64,000 nucleotides of DNA from Sulfurospirillum sp. GTDB taxonomy: Bacteria; Campylobacterota; Campylobacteria; Campylobacterales; Sulfurospirillaceae. This document shows positions 33,108 to 42,200 of this stretch, in pieces. The stretch spans positions 2,152-66,151 of the forward strand of contig JAGOZL010000001.1 of assembly GCA_018058685.1 (NCBI GenBank). Reading direction: 5' to 3'. Position 1 is the stretch's first letter. Every line of letters starts with the position of its first letter. Made by a program: the position numbers and the translations under genes. A model generated the notes under the pieces. That model saw only the letters and a list, made by a program, of their open reading frames with translations. It made no database searches and was not told the origin of the DNA.

Positions 33108-34013
33108 ATGAAACAAATAGCTTCTCTTTCATTGATGGCGTTACTACTTCCTGTAGTAGCGCTATCTAATGAACCTTCAGCCTTTTCAGCGGGCGATATT
33201 AATAGCCCAAGTCCTTATGGCCTAACATCCAGTGAGAAAAAAATTCTTCAAAGTACTCAAAAAGTAGCAAATCTTAACGAAAGTGTTGGTAGTGTTAAAG
33301 CAGAGCTTGGTACAGTTACTGAGCAGCTAGAAGGAATGCGTTCTGTCATTGAAGGTTATAATAATAAGATTGCTAAAACAGATGAACGTATGCGTCAGCT
33401 TGAAGAAGAAAATCTTAAATTAAAAGAATATGTGGAAGAGAGTCGAAAAATTCAACTTGACAATCAAGAAAAAGTCAAAGTTGTGCTTGGCGAATTAGGC
33501 TCTTTAATTGATTCTATTAACAAAAATTATGTACCTAAAGAAAAATTTGATCAATTGGTCAATGAAGTTAAAGGCAAAGGAAAAACAACACCTGCCGCAC
33601 CAGTTGCAGCTGAGACTTCTAAGGCTGACACAAAAGTAAAAGCACCTACACCTAAAGAATTAGCATCGAAAGATAGTGCAACGCTTATTAAAGAAGCAGA
33701 TGAATTGTTTGATAAAAAGTCTTTTAATGAAGCAAAAGTACTTTATTCGGAACTTTTGAACCGCAACTATAAGCCTGCAAAAGTTAATTTTAATTTGGGT
33801 GAAATATCATACACTCAGAAATCTTATGCAAGTGCTATTGAGCATTATAAAACGAGTATTTCACTCTTTGATAAGGCTACTTATACTCCTACACTTCTTT
33901 ATCATACGGCTTCTTCTTTTGAAAAATTAGGTAAAACTAAAGAAGCACAAAGTTTTTATAAGGCTCTTAAAGAGAGTTATCCTGATTCTCCTGAAGCCAA
34001 AAAAATTAAATAA
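33108..34013 (+). CDS. cpoB: CpoB/YbgF-like coiled-coil TPR protein
   Basis: Signal peptide, coiled coil, C-terminal TPRs ending YPDSPEAK; follows pal. Confidence 0.8.
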   Translation: MKQIASLSLMALLLPVVALSNEPSAFSAGDINSPSPYGLTSSEKKILQSTQKVANLNESVGSVKAELGTVTEQLEGMRSVIEGYNNKIAKTDERMRQLEEENLKLKEYVEESRKIQLDNQEKVKVVLGELGSLIDSINKNYVPKEKFDQLVNEVKGKGKTTPAAPVAAETSKADTKVKAPTPKELASKDSATLIKEADELFDKKSFNEAKVLYSELLNRNYKPAKVNFNLGEISYTQKSYASAIEHYKTSISLFDKATYTPTLLYHTASSFEKLGKTKEAQSFYKALKESYPDSPEAKKIK

Positions 34014-34116
34014 TAAACACTTCTTTGCATAAAAAATAGACTTACACTTCTCGCCTAAGGGCACATACAAAAAACTTATGTTAAAATCCTATCGTTTAAA
34101 AATTAAGGGAGATGAG

Positions 34117-34752
34117 ATGAGTATTAATGAAAATCAAGTTGTCTCTATCCATTATGAACTCAAAGATGTTGATAATGGTGAGATATTAGATACAAACTTA
34201 AGTGCAGCACCACTCTCTTTTATCGTGGGAAAAGGTCAAATTATTCCTGGATTAGAAGAGAAAATTAAAGAACTTTCTGTTGGTTCAAGTGCTGATATCA
34301 CCGTTGCTGCTGTGGATGCTTATGGTGTTTATGATAATAACGCTGTTCAAGTATTGCCAAAAGAACAATTTGCAGGTTTAGAGCTTAACGTTGGCATGAC
34401 ACTTTATGGTCAAGGTGAACATGGTGAAACAGTGCAGGTGATTGTTAAAAGTTTCAATGATGAAACTGTCGAAATTGACTTTAACCATCCTTTAGCAGGT
34501 AAAGATCTTTTATTTGCTGTGAGTGTTGTTGAAGTTCGTGATGCAACGGCTGATGAGATATTAAACGGCTACGTTGGTGGCTCATCACATGGTGGTTGTG
34601 GTTGCGGAACAGGTGGCAGTTGCCACACTACAAATGATGACGAAGAAGACGGATGTTGTGGTGGTCATGATCATGGCCATAATCATGGGGAAGATGGCTG
34701 TTGCGGTGGCGAGCATCACTCTCATGGTGGCGGATGTTGTGGATCACACTAA
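34117..34752 (+). CDS. slyD: FKBP-type PPIase and metallochaperone SlyD
   Basis: VSIHYEL, GKGQIIPGLE, DFNHPLAGK, His/Cys/Gly-rich tail. Confidence 0.95.
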   Translation: MSINENQVVSIHYELKDVDNGEILDTNLSAAPLSFIVGKGQIIPGLEEKIKELSVGSSADITVAAVDAYGVYDNNAVQVLPKEQFAGLELNVGMTLYGQGEHGETVQVIVKSFNDETVEIDFNHPLAGKDLLFAVSVVEVRDATADEILNGYVGGSSHGGCGCGTGGSCHTTNDDEEDGCCGGHDHGHNHGEDGCCGGEHHSHGGGCCGSH

Positions 34753-35503
34753 TTATATAGCAAAATCAAGAGCCTCAATTGAGGCTCTTAAGTCGGCAAA
34801 TCTTCTCAAAAGCGTCACCATTAATGCGCTTATCTTAGGTGAGCATGGCGTTGGTAAAGAGACTTTAGCGCGTCATATTATTGCTGCTCCTGTGGTTGAT
34901 GCAAGTTCTTTTAATGAGCTCTTAGCTTTGATTGAAACAAATAGCAGCTTGATTGTAAAAAACTTCCATAAAATTACAAACTATAAAAAACTTAAAATTG
35001 CACTAGACTCTCATAAAACACGTATTATTGCAACATCAAGTCTCCCGATAGGTGAGTCTTTAACGGATGAATTTTTTAGCCTTAAAATTACAATTCCTCC
35101 TTTAAGGGAGCGTATGGAAGATGTTTTTCCTCTTATGGAAAAATTTGCTTTTGAAGCGCACATGATGTTTGATGGTGGTATGGGAGATGAAGTTTCTTTA
35201 AAAGAGATTGTTCCTGATTTAAGTAAAAACTGTTATTCACTGCGCCGTTCAGTCTATAATGCTTATTTGATGAGCTCTTTTGGTGAAGAAGAAATTCTTT
35301 CTATGATGGAACGCTTTTTAGCAGAGCGTATTGGCGGACGGAATGATTATCGTGATTTACTCTATCTTTTTGACGTTCCTATGATACGAAGTGGCTATGC
35401 TAAGTTTGGCTCTCAACTCTCGATTAGTGAAAAATTTGGACTCAATCGTAATACACTGCGTAAAAAAATCAATGACTACAAAGATCGATTGCGCATCGAG
35501 TAG
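34724..35503 (+). CDS. Degenerate sigma54-activator-like ATPase domain with C-terminal Fis-type HTH
   Basis: ALILGEHGVGKETLA, RIIATS, IPPLRERMEDV, GLNRNTLRKKI; start uncertain (34724 or 34739), overlaps the slyD end. Confidence 0.75.
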   Translation: MVADVVDHTNYIAKSRASIEALKSANLLKSVTINALILGEHGVGKETLARHIIAAPVVDASSFNELLALIETNSSLIVKNFHKITNYKKLKIALDSHKTRIIATSSLPIGESLTDEFFSLKITIPPLRERMEDVFPLMEKFAFEAHMMFDGGMGDEVSLKEIVPDLSKNCYSLRRSVYNAYLMSSFGEEEILSMMERFLAERIGGRNDYRDLLYLFDVPMIRSGYAKFGSQLSISEKFGLNRNTLRKKINDYKDRLRIE

Positions 35504-35548
35504 TCTCTTCGTGTTTAGAAATTATCTATTATTTTTAAAGGTTACAGT

Positions 35549-36478
35549 ATGAACAAAACAGTATTTATCTTTCCTGGACAGGGAAGTCAAAAAATAGGTA
35601 TGGGAAAAGATTTCTACGACAATAGCACATTGGCTAAAGAAATGGTTGAAAAAGCAAGTGAGCGTTTAGGCTTTGATGTAAAAGGTTTATTGTTTGAAGA
35701 GAATGATAAATTAGAACAAACAGAATTTGCACAACCTGCCATTTTGTTAGTCAGTCTTATGGCTTACCACCTTTTTACACAAGCGCATAAAGTTGTTCCT
35801 CAATCTTTCTTAGGTCACTCATTGGGTGAATTTTCAGCACTCAGTGCGGTCGGTGCTATAGACTATTGTGATGCGCTTGAATTAGTTCATCAGCGAGGGC
35901 TTCTTATGAAACAAGCATGTGAAGGACAAAATGCTGGTATGATGGCACTTCTTGGATTGGATGATGTGGCAGTAGAAGCACTTACATGTAAAGCAAGAGA
36001 AGAAGGCAAAAAAGTATGGGCAGCAAATTATAATGGGGATGGACAAATCGTGATAGCTGGAGATCGCGATGATTTAGCTTCCCTTGAAATGGTTTTTAAA
36101 GAAGCAGGTGCTAAAAAAAGCGTTCTTTTGGCGATGTCCGTAGCAAGCCATTGTCCGCTTTTAGCCAGTGCGCAAGCTTCATTAGGTGGCTTTTTAGATC
36201 AATGGTTGAAAAATAATTTTAGTGCACCTTTGATTTCTAATGTAACAGCAAGCAGTTATCAAAGTGCAGAAGATGCAAAAAAACTTCTTTGTGAACAGTT
36301 AGTCTCTCCTGTAAAATACAAACACTCCATTTTACATGTAGAAGAGACAACAGATATGTTTATAGAGTTTGGTGGCAATGTCTTAAAAGGACTCAACAAG
36401 CGCATTACATCAAAACCAACGCACAGTATTACCGATATGAAAAGCCTTGAAGAAGCGCTTTCACTTTTGAATCATTAA
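35549..36478 (+). CDS. fabD: Malonyl CoA-ACP transacylase
   Basis: FPGQGSQ, GHSLGEF, SVASHC. Confidence 0.96.
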   Translation: MNKTVFIFPGQGSQKIGMGKDFYDNSTLAKEMVEKASERLGFDVKGLLFEENDKLEQTEFAQPAILLVSLMAYHLFTQAHKVVPQSFLGHSLGEFSALSAVGAIDYCDALELVHQRGLLMKQACEGQNAGMMALLGLDDVAVEALTCKAREEGKKVWAANYNGDGQIVIAGDRDDLASLEMVFKEAGAKKSVLLAMSVASHCPLLASAQASLGGFLDQWLKNNFSAPLISNVTASSYQSAEDAKKLLCEQLVSPVKYKHSILHVEETTDMFIEFGGNVLKGLNKRITSKPTHSITDMKSLEEALSLLNH

Positions 36479-36487
36479 AGGAATAAA

Positions 36488-37183
36488 ATGAAAATAGCTA
36501 TTATGGGTGCGATGCAAGAAGAAATTGCACCACTGCTGACCTATTTTAAAGAGTATGAAACGGTTGAATTTGCAAAAAATAATTACTACCTAACAACGTA
36601 TAAAGGCTTAGAATTAGTGATTGCTTATAGCAAAATTGGCAAAGTGAATGCCAGTTTAACCGCTTCAACATTGATTGAAAAATTTGGTGCACAAAAGCTT
36701 CTTTTTTCAGGTGTCGCAGGAGCCATTAACCCAAGTCTTAAAATTGGTGATTTAGTTGTTGCCACAAAGTTAGCACAACACGATTTAGATATCAGTGCTT
36801 TTGGACATCCGTATGGGTATGTTCCAGGAGGCTCTGTCTATACTGAAACAGATAAAGCTTTAACAGAAGTGGCGAAACGTGTAGCACACGCGCAAGGAAA
36901 AGCTATTTTGGAGGGCATTATTGCCACAGGTGATCAATTTATTTGCGATGAAGCAAAAAAAACATGGATTGGGACAACATTTAATGCAGATGCTTTAGAA
37001 ATGGAAGGTGCTTCTGTTGCTGTTGTGTGCGATGCTCTTCATACACCGTTTTGTATTTTGCGTGCTATCAGTGACGCGGCAGATATGGATGCAGGGTTTA
37101 GTTTTGATACCTTTTTAGAAACAGCGGCAAAAGAGAGTGCTGCTTTAATGATTGGTATTATGGACGCATTGGCCAATGATTAA
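36488..37183 (+). CDS. mtnN: 5'-methylthioadenosine/S-adenosylhomocysteine nucleosidase
   Basis: IMGAMQEE, SKIGKVNA, EMEGASVA, RAISDAA. Confidence 0.94.
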   Translation: MKIAIMGAMQEEIAPLLTYFKEYETVEFAKNNYYLTTYKGLELVIAYSKIGKVNASLTASTLIEKFGAQKLLFSGVAGAINPSLKIGDLVVATKLAQHDLDISAFGHPYGYVPGGSVYTETDKALTEVAKRVAHAQGKAILEGIIATGDQFICDEAKKTWIGTTFNADALEMEGASVAVVCDALHTPFCILRAISDAADMDAGFSFDTFLETAAKESAALMIGIMDALAND

Positions 37184-37931
37184 TATTAGTAAACGCCTAT
37201 TACGAACGGTTGGTCAAACAAACGCTCAGTACACCTTGATTGGGGAAGGTGATAAGATTCTTTTAGGCTTAAGTGGAGGGAAAGACTCCCTTAGCCTAGC
37301 ACACGTTTTAAAGCATATGCAACGCGTAGCTCCTTTTAAATTTGAATTTAAAGCGGTGACCATAGCGTATGGGATGGGGGAAGCACTTGAAGCGTTGCAT
37401 CAGCACTGTGTTGAGCATGAAATAGAACATGAAATTGTTGATACAAAAATCTTTGAATTAGCCCAAGAAAAAATTCGTGCCAATTCCTCTTTTTGTAGCT
37501 TTTTTTCGCGTATGCGAAGAGGTGCACTTTACACGTATGCGTTAGAACATGGCTATCAAAAATTAGCGTTGGCTCATCACTTAGATGATGCTGTGGAGAG
37601 TTTTTTTATGAACTTTTCTCATAACGGTTCACTACGTTCTATGCCTCCGATTTACAAAACAGAAAAAGGATTACATGTTATCCGTCCTTTGATTCATGTA
37701 CGCGAAAGGCAACTTCGAGAGTGTGCGAAAGAGGCAAATATGCCTATCATCGGAGATGAAGCTTGTCCTGCGATGCGATTTGATGTCAAAATGCCCGTTG
37801 CACGTGCGCAAACCAAAGAGATGCTTGCGCGTATGGAAGCAGAAAACCATGAGCTTTTTATCTCACTTAAACGTGCTTTTGAAAATATTCACACCTCAAG
37901 TTTTTCACAAAAAGAGTTTTTAGCCTATTAA
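37176..37931 (+). CDS. ttcA: tRNA 2-thiocytidine biosynthesis TtcA-family PP-loop ATPase
   Basis: SGGKDS, CSFFSRMRRG, HHLDD, IRPL. Confidence 0.85.
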   Translation: MINISKRLLRTVGQTNAQYTLIGEGDKILLGLSGGKDSLSLAHVLKHMQRVAPFKFEFKAVTIAYGMGEALEALHQHCVEHEIEHEIVDTKIFELAQEKIRANSSFCSFFSRMRRGALYTYALEHGYQKLALAHHLDDAVESFFMNFSHNGSLRSMPPIYKTEKGLHVIRPLIHVRERQLRECAKEANMPIIGDEACPAMRFDVKMPVARAQTKEMLARMEAENHELFISLKRAFENIHTSSFSQKEFLAY

Positions 37932-38050
37932 GAAGTATGGATAGCAGAAGATACATAAATACCCATAAATTTCTAATTAGTAATACTTTAGCTTCTTTTC
38001 ATTGTGAAGAAGTTAGAATACATAAAATCTCATTGGAAAAGGAGGACACT

Positions 38051-38374
38051 GTGCAAAGCGTGTGGAAAAGATATCTTTATATTGTAGGAACATTATTGAT
38101 CCTTGATTCATCTGTTTTAGCCTCATCGGATGGAAGAGGACAACGAATGTTTGATCAAAATATCAAAAAAGCTTGTGGGCTCAATGGTATTATGGTTGCA
38201 CGAAGTAAGACACAATCTGAATGGACAAGTATCTATGAAGAAAATCGTTTGAATGCGACGATGCTCTCTTTATGCCCTGAAGCAAAACCTTTTAAAGAAA
38301 TCTATTTGCAAGATGTTTATGCTTATATGAAAACATATGCAAAAGACAGTGGTGTTGTTTTAGGAGCTTGTTAA
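38051..38374 (+). CDS. Small exported protein with three Cys, cytochrome c-like family of Campylobacterota (no CXXCH)
   Basis: GGAGG RBS before GTG 38051; signal peptide; GQRMF..KKACG..TQSEW..CP..DSGVVLGAC. Confidence 0.6.
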   Translation: MQSVWKRYLYIVGTLLILDSSVLASSDGRGQRMFDQNIKKACGLNGIMVARSKTQSEWTSIYEENRLNATMLSLCPEAKPFKEIYLQDVYAYMKTYAKDSGVVLGAC

Positions 38375-38418
38375 AAGGATAAGGCAACAGGGTGTTGCAT
38401 CGAATTTTTTATTCTTGA

Positions 38419-38445
38419 AAAAGAGCAATCATACATTGCTCTTTT
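38419..38445. terminator. Bidirectional terminator between convergent genes
   Basis: AAAAGAGCAAT-CATAC-ATTGCTCTTTT inverted repeat with A and T tails. Confidence 0.75.
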
Positions 38446-38449
38446 CTCT

Positions 38450-39067
38450 TTAAAATCCTTCTAAAACAATTTTCCAAAGCCTATCAATTGCATCATCTTC
38501 AAGTGCTATGGTACTGTGTGTTTGGAAAAGTGTTTTTACATGTAACGTATTCATCGCTTGATTCCATGCACAATGTTGATGTGCAGGAAGAAACCCTCGA
38601 ATAAGCGTTATATCCTCTTCCACAAGCCCTTCACAGTTAAAGCAGATAAAATCATCGTGCAATCGCCCTTCGTAGTTTAAAAGCTTGACATAGGCTTCAA
38701 TAGCAATACGCTTAGGGTTTTGTTGATGCCAAATTTGCGAGCATGATTCGAGTAAGTCAAAATAAAACACATCAATAGTTGCGATATCTTTAAGATGTTG
38801 ATAGAAAAGTTTCACGAAAGATTGCCAAATGAGCATACGCTCTCTGCTTGAATTCCATGTTTGACCAAGATGCATGACCGAGCGTAGCTGAGGAAGAGAA
38901 GACTTTAAGGAGTGGAGTGTTTCAAAGTCGATTTTATACCCTAAATGAATCGTAGAATGACGTGCACCGTAAAATCGATAAGCTGTTTTAATCATCTCTT
39001 GCGTGAGAATCGTTACGATTAAATCTTCGTCTTTGACACGAGTAATGTTGATAATAAATCCTTGCAT
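38450..39067 (-). CDS. recO: Recombination protein RecO (Campylobacterota type)
   Basis: MQGFII...DEDLIV...YRFYGARHS...GYKIDF, EGRLH, CxxC. Confidence 0.88.
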   Translation of the reverse strand: MQGFIINITRVKDEDLIVTILTQEMIKTAYRFYGARHSTIHLGYKIDFETLHSLKSSLPQLRSVMHLGQTWNSSRERMLIWQSFVKLFYQHLKDIATIDVFYFDLLESCSQIWHQQNPKRIAIEAYVKLLNYEGRLHDDFICFNCEGLVEEDITLIRGFLPAHQHCAWNQAMNTLHVKTLFQTHSTIALEDDAIDRLWKIVLEGF

Positions 39068-39297
39068 GAGAGTATTGTAGCATCTCAAAATTTTCTTATT
39101 ATAAAAGAAATAAATTAATAGTGATATTTTATGATATAAGTTTTATTTTATTTTAATAATTAATATGATAAGTAAAGTGTTTTAAAGCCCATAAAATAGG
39201 AATTAATTGAAAAATAAGTAAAATTTGTGTAATATCCGTCGCTTTTAGCTTAAAATTTGTCAGATTTTGGCGAATAATTCCACACAAGGCTTGTGAG

Positions 39298-42200
39298 ATG
39301 GATCTTATCAGAGGATTTAAAGATAACTGCGGTTTTGGTTTAATCGCTAATGTCAAAAATATTCCAACCCATAACACTGTTGAAGATGCGATTTGCGCTT
39401 TAGAGCGTATGATGCACCGAGGTGCTATTGCGGCAGATGGTAAAAGTGGTGATGGTAGTGGATTACTTTTTTCCATGCCAACAGAATTTATGAAACAAGA
39501 AGCGCACAAATTAGGTGTTGACCTTCCTAAACAGTTTGCGGTTGCTATGATTTTTATGCATAACGATGAACAAAAAAAAGTTTTTGAAGACACCTGTGAG
39601 CAAAATGACCTTAAAGTCCTTTTGTACCGTGAAGTACCTGTTAAGATTAAAGCGCTCGGAAAGCTAGCTCTTGAAACATTGCCTAAAATCGTCCAAGCTT
39701 TTGTTACGCCTTCTTCTTTAATTGCAACGAAGCGTTTTGAAGCATTATTGTATTTGACACGTAAATTGGTTGAGCGAAAATTAGCGCATGAGAGTGAGTT
39801 TTACATCGCATCGTTTTCCAGTAAAGTGGTCTCGTACAAAGGGTTGGTGATGCCAACGTATATTAAAACATTTTTTCCCGATTTAAGTGATGCAGCGTTT
39901 AAAGCAACCTTTGCACTCTTTCATCAACGTTTTTCAACCAATACCCTCCCAAAATGGAAACTAGCGCAACCTTTCCGTACTTTGGCACACAATGGTGAAA
40001 TCAACTCCATTTCAGCCAATCGTTTTTTCACACAAGTAAAAAGTGAATGTATGAAAAGTGCACTTTTTTCACAAGAAGAACTGAATAAATTATTTCCACT
40101 TACCACGGATGATGTGAGCGATAGTGCAAGTCTGGACAATATGTTTGAATTTATGCTCATCAATGGTTTTGACTTTTTCAAAGCGGTACGATCTCTCATC
40201 CCAGCACCTTGGCAAAATGCGCCTCATATGGATTCTGAACTTCGAGCTTTTTATGAGTACTCCAGTATCAATTTTGAGCCATGGGATGGACCTGCCGCGA
40301 TTTCATTAACCGATGGTCGCCATATTGCCTGTGTTTTAGATAGAAATGGTCTTCGCCCTGCTAAATATATTATCACAAAAGATGACCGCATTATTATTTC
40401 TTCTGAATATGGCGTTTTGGACATAGATGAAGATACGATTATTGAGCGTGGAAGATTGCAAAGTGGTCAAATGATAGGGATTGACCTAAAATTTGGCAAA
40501 ATTATGAAAAATGAAGATATTAATGATTATCTCAAAAGCTCCAACACCTATACAGAGTGGCTTAATAAAGGGCTTGTCTACTTGCAAGAGTTTGTGGATA
40601 TTCCTTTTTCAAAAACAGAAGATTATGTCAGAGAAAATTTAGAGCTTGAGCAGCGTTTCTTTAACATCACGCAAGAAGTCAATAATATGGTCATTGAGCC
40701 AATGATGAAAGATGGCAAAGAGGGCGTTGGTTCGATGGGCGATGATACTCCCATAGCTGCCTTTAGTCAAGTGCAACGTAACTTTAGTGACTATTTTAAA
40801 CAAAAATTTGCACAAGTGACCAACCCTCCGATTGACCCGATTCGTGAAAAAGTGGTCATGAGTTTAACGACAGGTTTTGGTGAGATTCGCAATATCCTTG
40901 AAGAAACACCTGAACATGCGGTGTATATCAAGACGATTTCACCTGTGTTGATGCAAGAAAAATATGAAGTTTTGGCTTCTTTTGGTGATCCAAGTAAGCC
41001 TCGTTATAAGCCTGAATATAAAAACAGATATTTTTCAACTCTTTTTGAAGATAACCTCAAAGGCAGTCTTGAAGATTTAGCGTACGATATCGTTCAAGCA
41101 GTGAAGAATGAAGGTGTGCGTGTTATTTTCTTAGATGACAGAGGTATGAATGAGAAGCTAAAACCGATGCCGATGCCAATGGTCATAGGTCGAGTGAATC
41201 AAGTGTTGCTTGATGAAGGTGTACGTTCACTTGCTTCGATTGTCGCGATTTCGGGTGAAATTGTTGATTCACATTCGAGTGCGTGTATGATAGGTTTTGG
41301 TGCGAGTGCTATTTATCCTTACTTACTTTATGCAACAGCACTCGATGCATGTAAAAAAAGCAACCTAGGTGCTTATGAAATCAAAACACGTCTTAAAAAT
41401 ATCAACCATGCACTTGGACAAGGCTTGATGAAAGTCATGTCAAAGATGGGGATTGCGACGATTGCATCGTATCAAAACTCAGCACTGTTTGATGTTATTG
41501 GACTTTCTAGCGATATCGTCAATGAGTGTTTTAATGGTGCTATTTCACTGATTCCAGGGCTTAAGTATGAAGATATCGAGGCACGTTTGAACAGTAATCA
41601 TGCCTTAGCGTATGAACTAAAGCTCACAACAAAACTCTTTCCTTTGGAAATCGGAGGGTTTTATAAATACATTGACGGGAAAGAGTATCACGATTATCAT
41701 CCTTATGCCATTCATGCCATTCATAAAGCAACGGTAACGGGTGAGAAAAAAGATTTTCATGAGTTTACCAAACTTGTCAATAATCGTGGTTTTAAAATGG
41801 TGCGTGACTTCTTCGAACTTAAATCCGATCGTGAGCCAATAGCGCTTGAAAAAGTAGAGAGTAAAGAGGCTATCTTTAAACGTTTTGCAACGGCAGCGAT
41901 GAGTTTGGGCTCTATCTCACCCGAAGCGCATGAAGCGTTAGCAGAGGCGATGAATACTATCGGTGGTATGAGTAACTCAGGTGAAGGTGGGGAAGCGCCT
42001 GAGCGTTTAAAAAGTATCAAAAATTCAAAAATCAAACAAATCGCATCAGGTCGTTTTGGTGTTACCCCTGAATACTTAAGAAGTGCGACCGAGATTCAAA
42101 TTAAAGTCGCACAAGGTGCAAAACCAGGTGAAGGTGGACAACTCCCCGGACATAAAGTCACACCACTCATTGCAAGTTTGCGCTATACGATTCCTGGTGT

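Noticed and set aside
34574-34723. 50-aa N-terminal extension of the Fis-like ORF as a real dual-coding region
   Set aside because: The Val/Met-rich sequence is the expected off-frame reading of the GGT/CAT/GAT-rich slyD tail, so the real start is probably 34724 or 34739.
37937-38050. N-terminal 38 aa of the 145-aa ORF in the ORF track
   Set aside because: A strong GGAGG RBS precedes GTG 38051 and the signal peptide begins there. The upstream part is AT-rich promoter sequence.
39153-39593. Antisense and off-frame ORFs of 60-160 aa here and throughout the window (e.g. 387-635, 14773-15249, 45968-46336, 59299-59778)
   Set aside because: They shadow well-supported genes on the opposite strand or another frame, and have no RBS or recognisable motifs.
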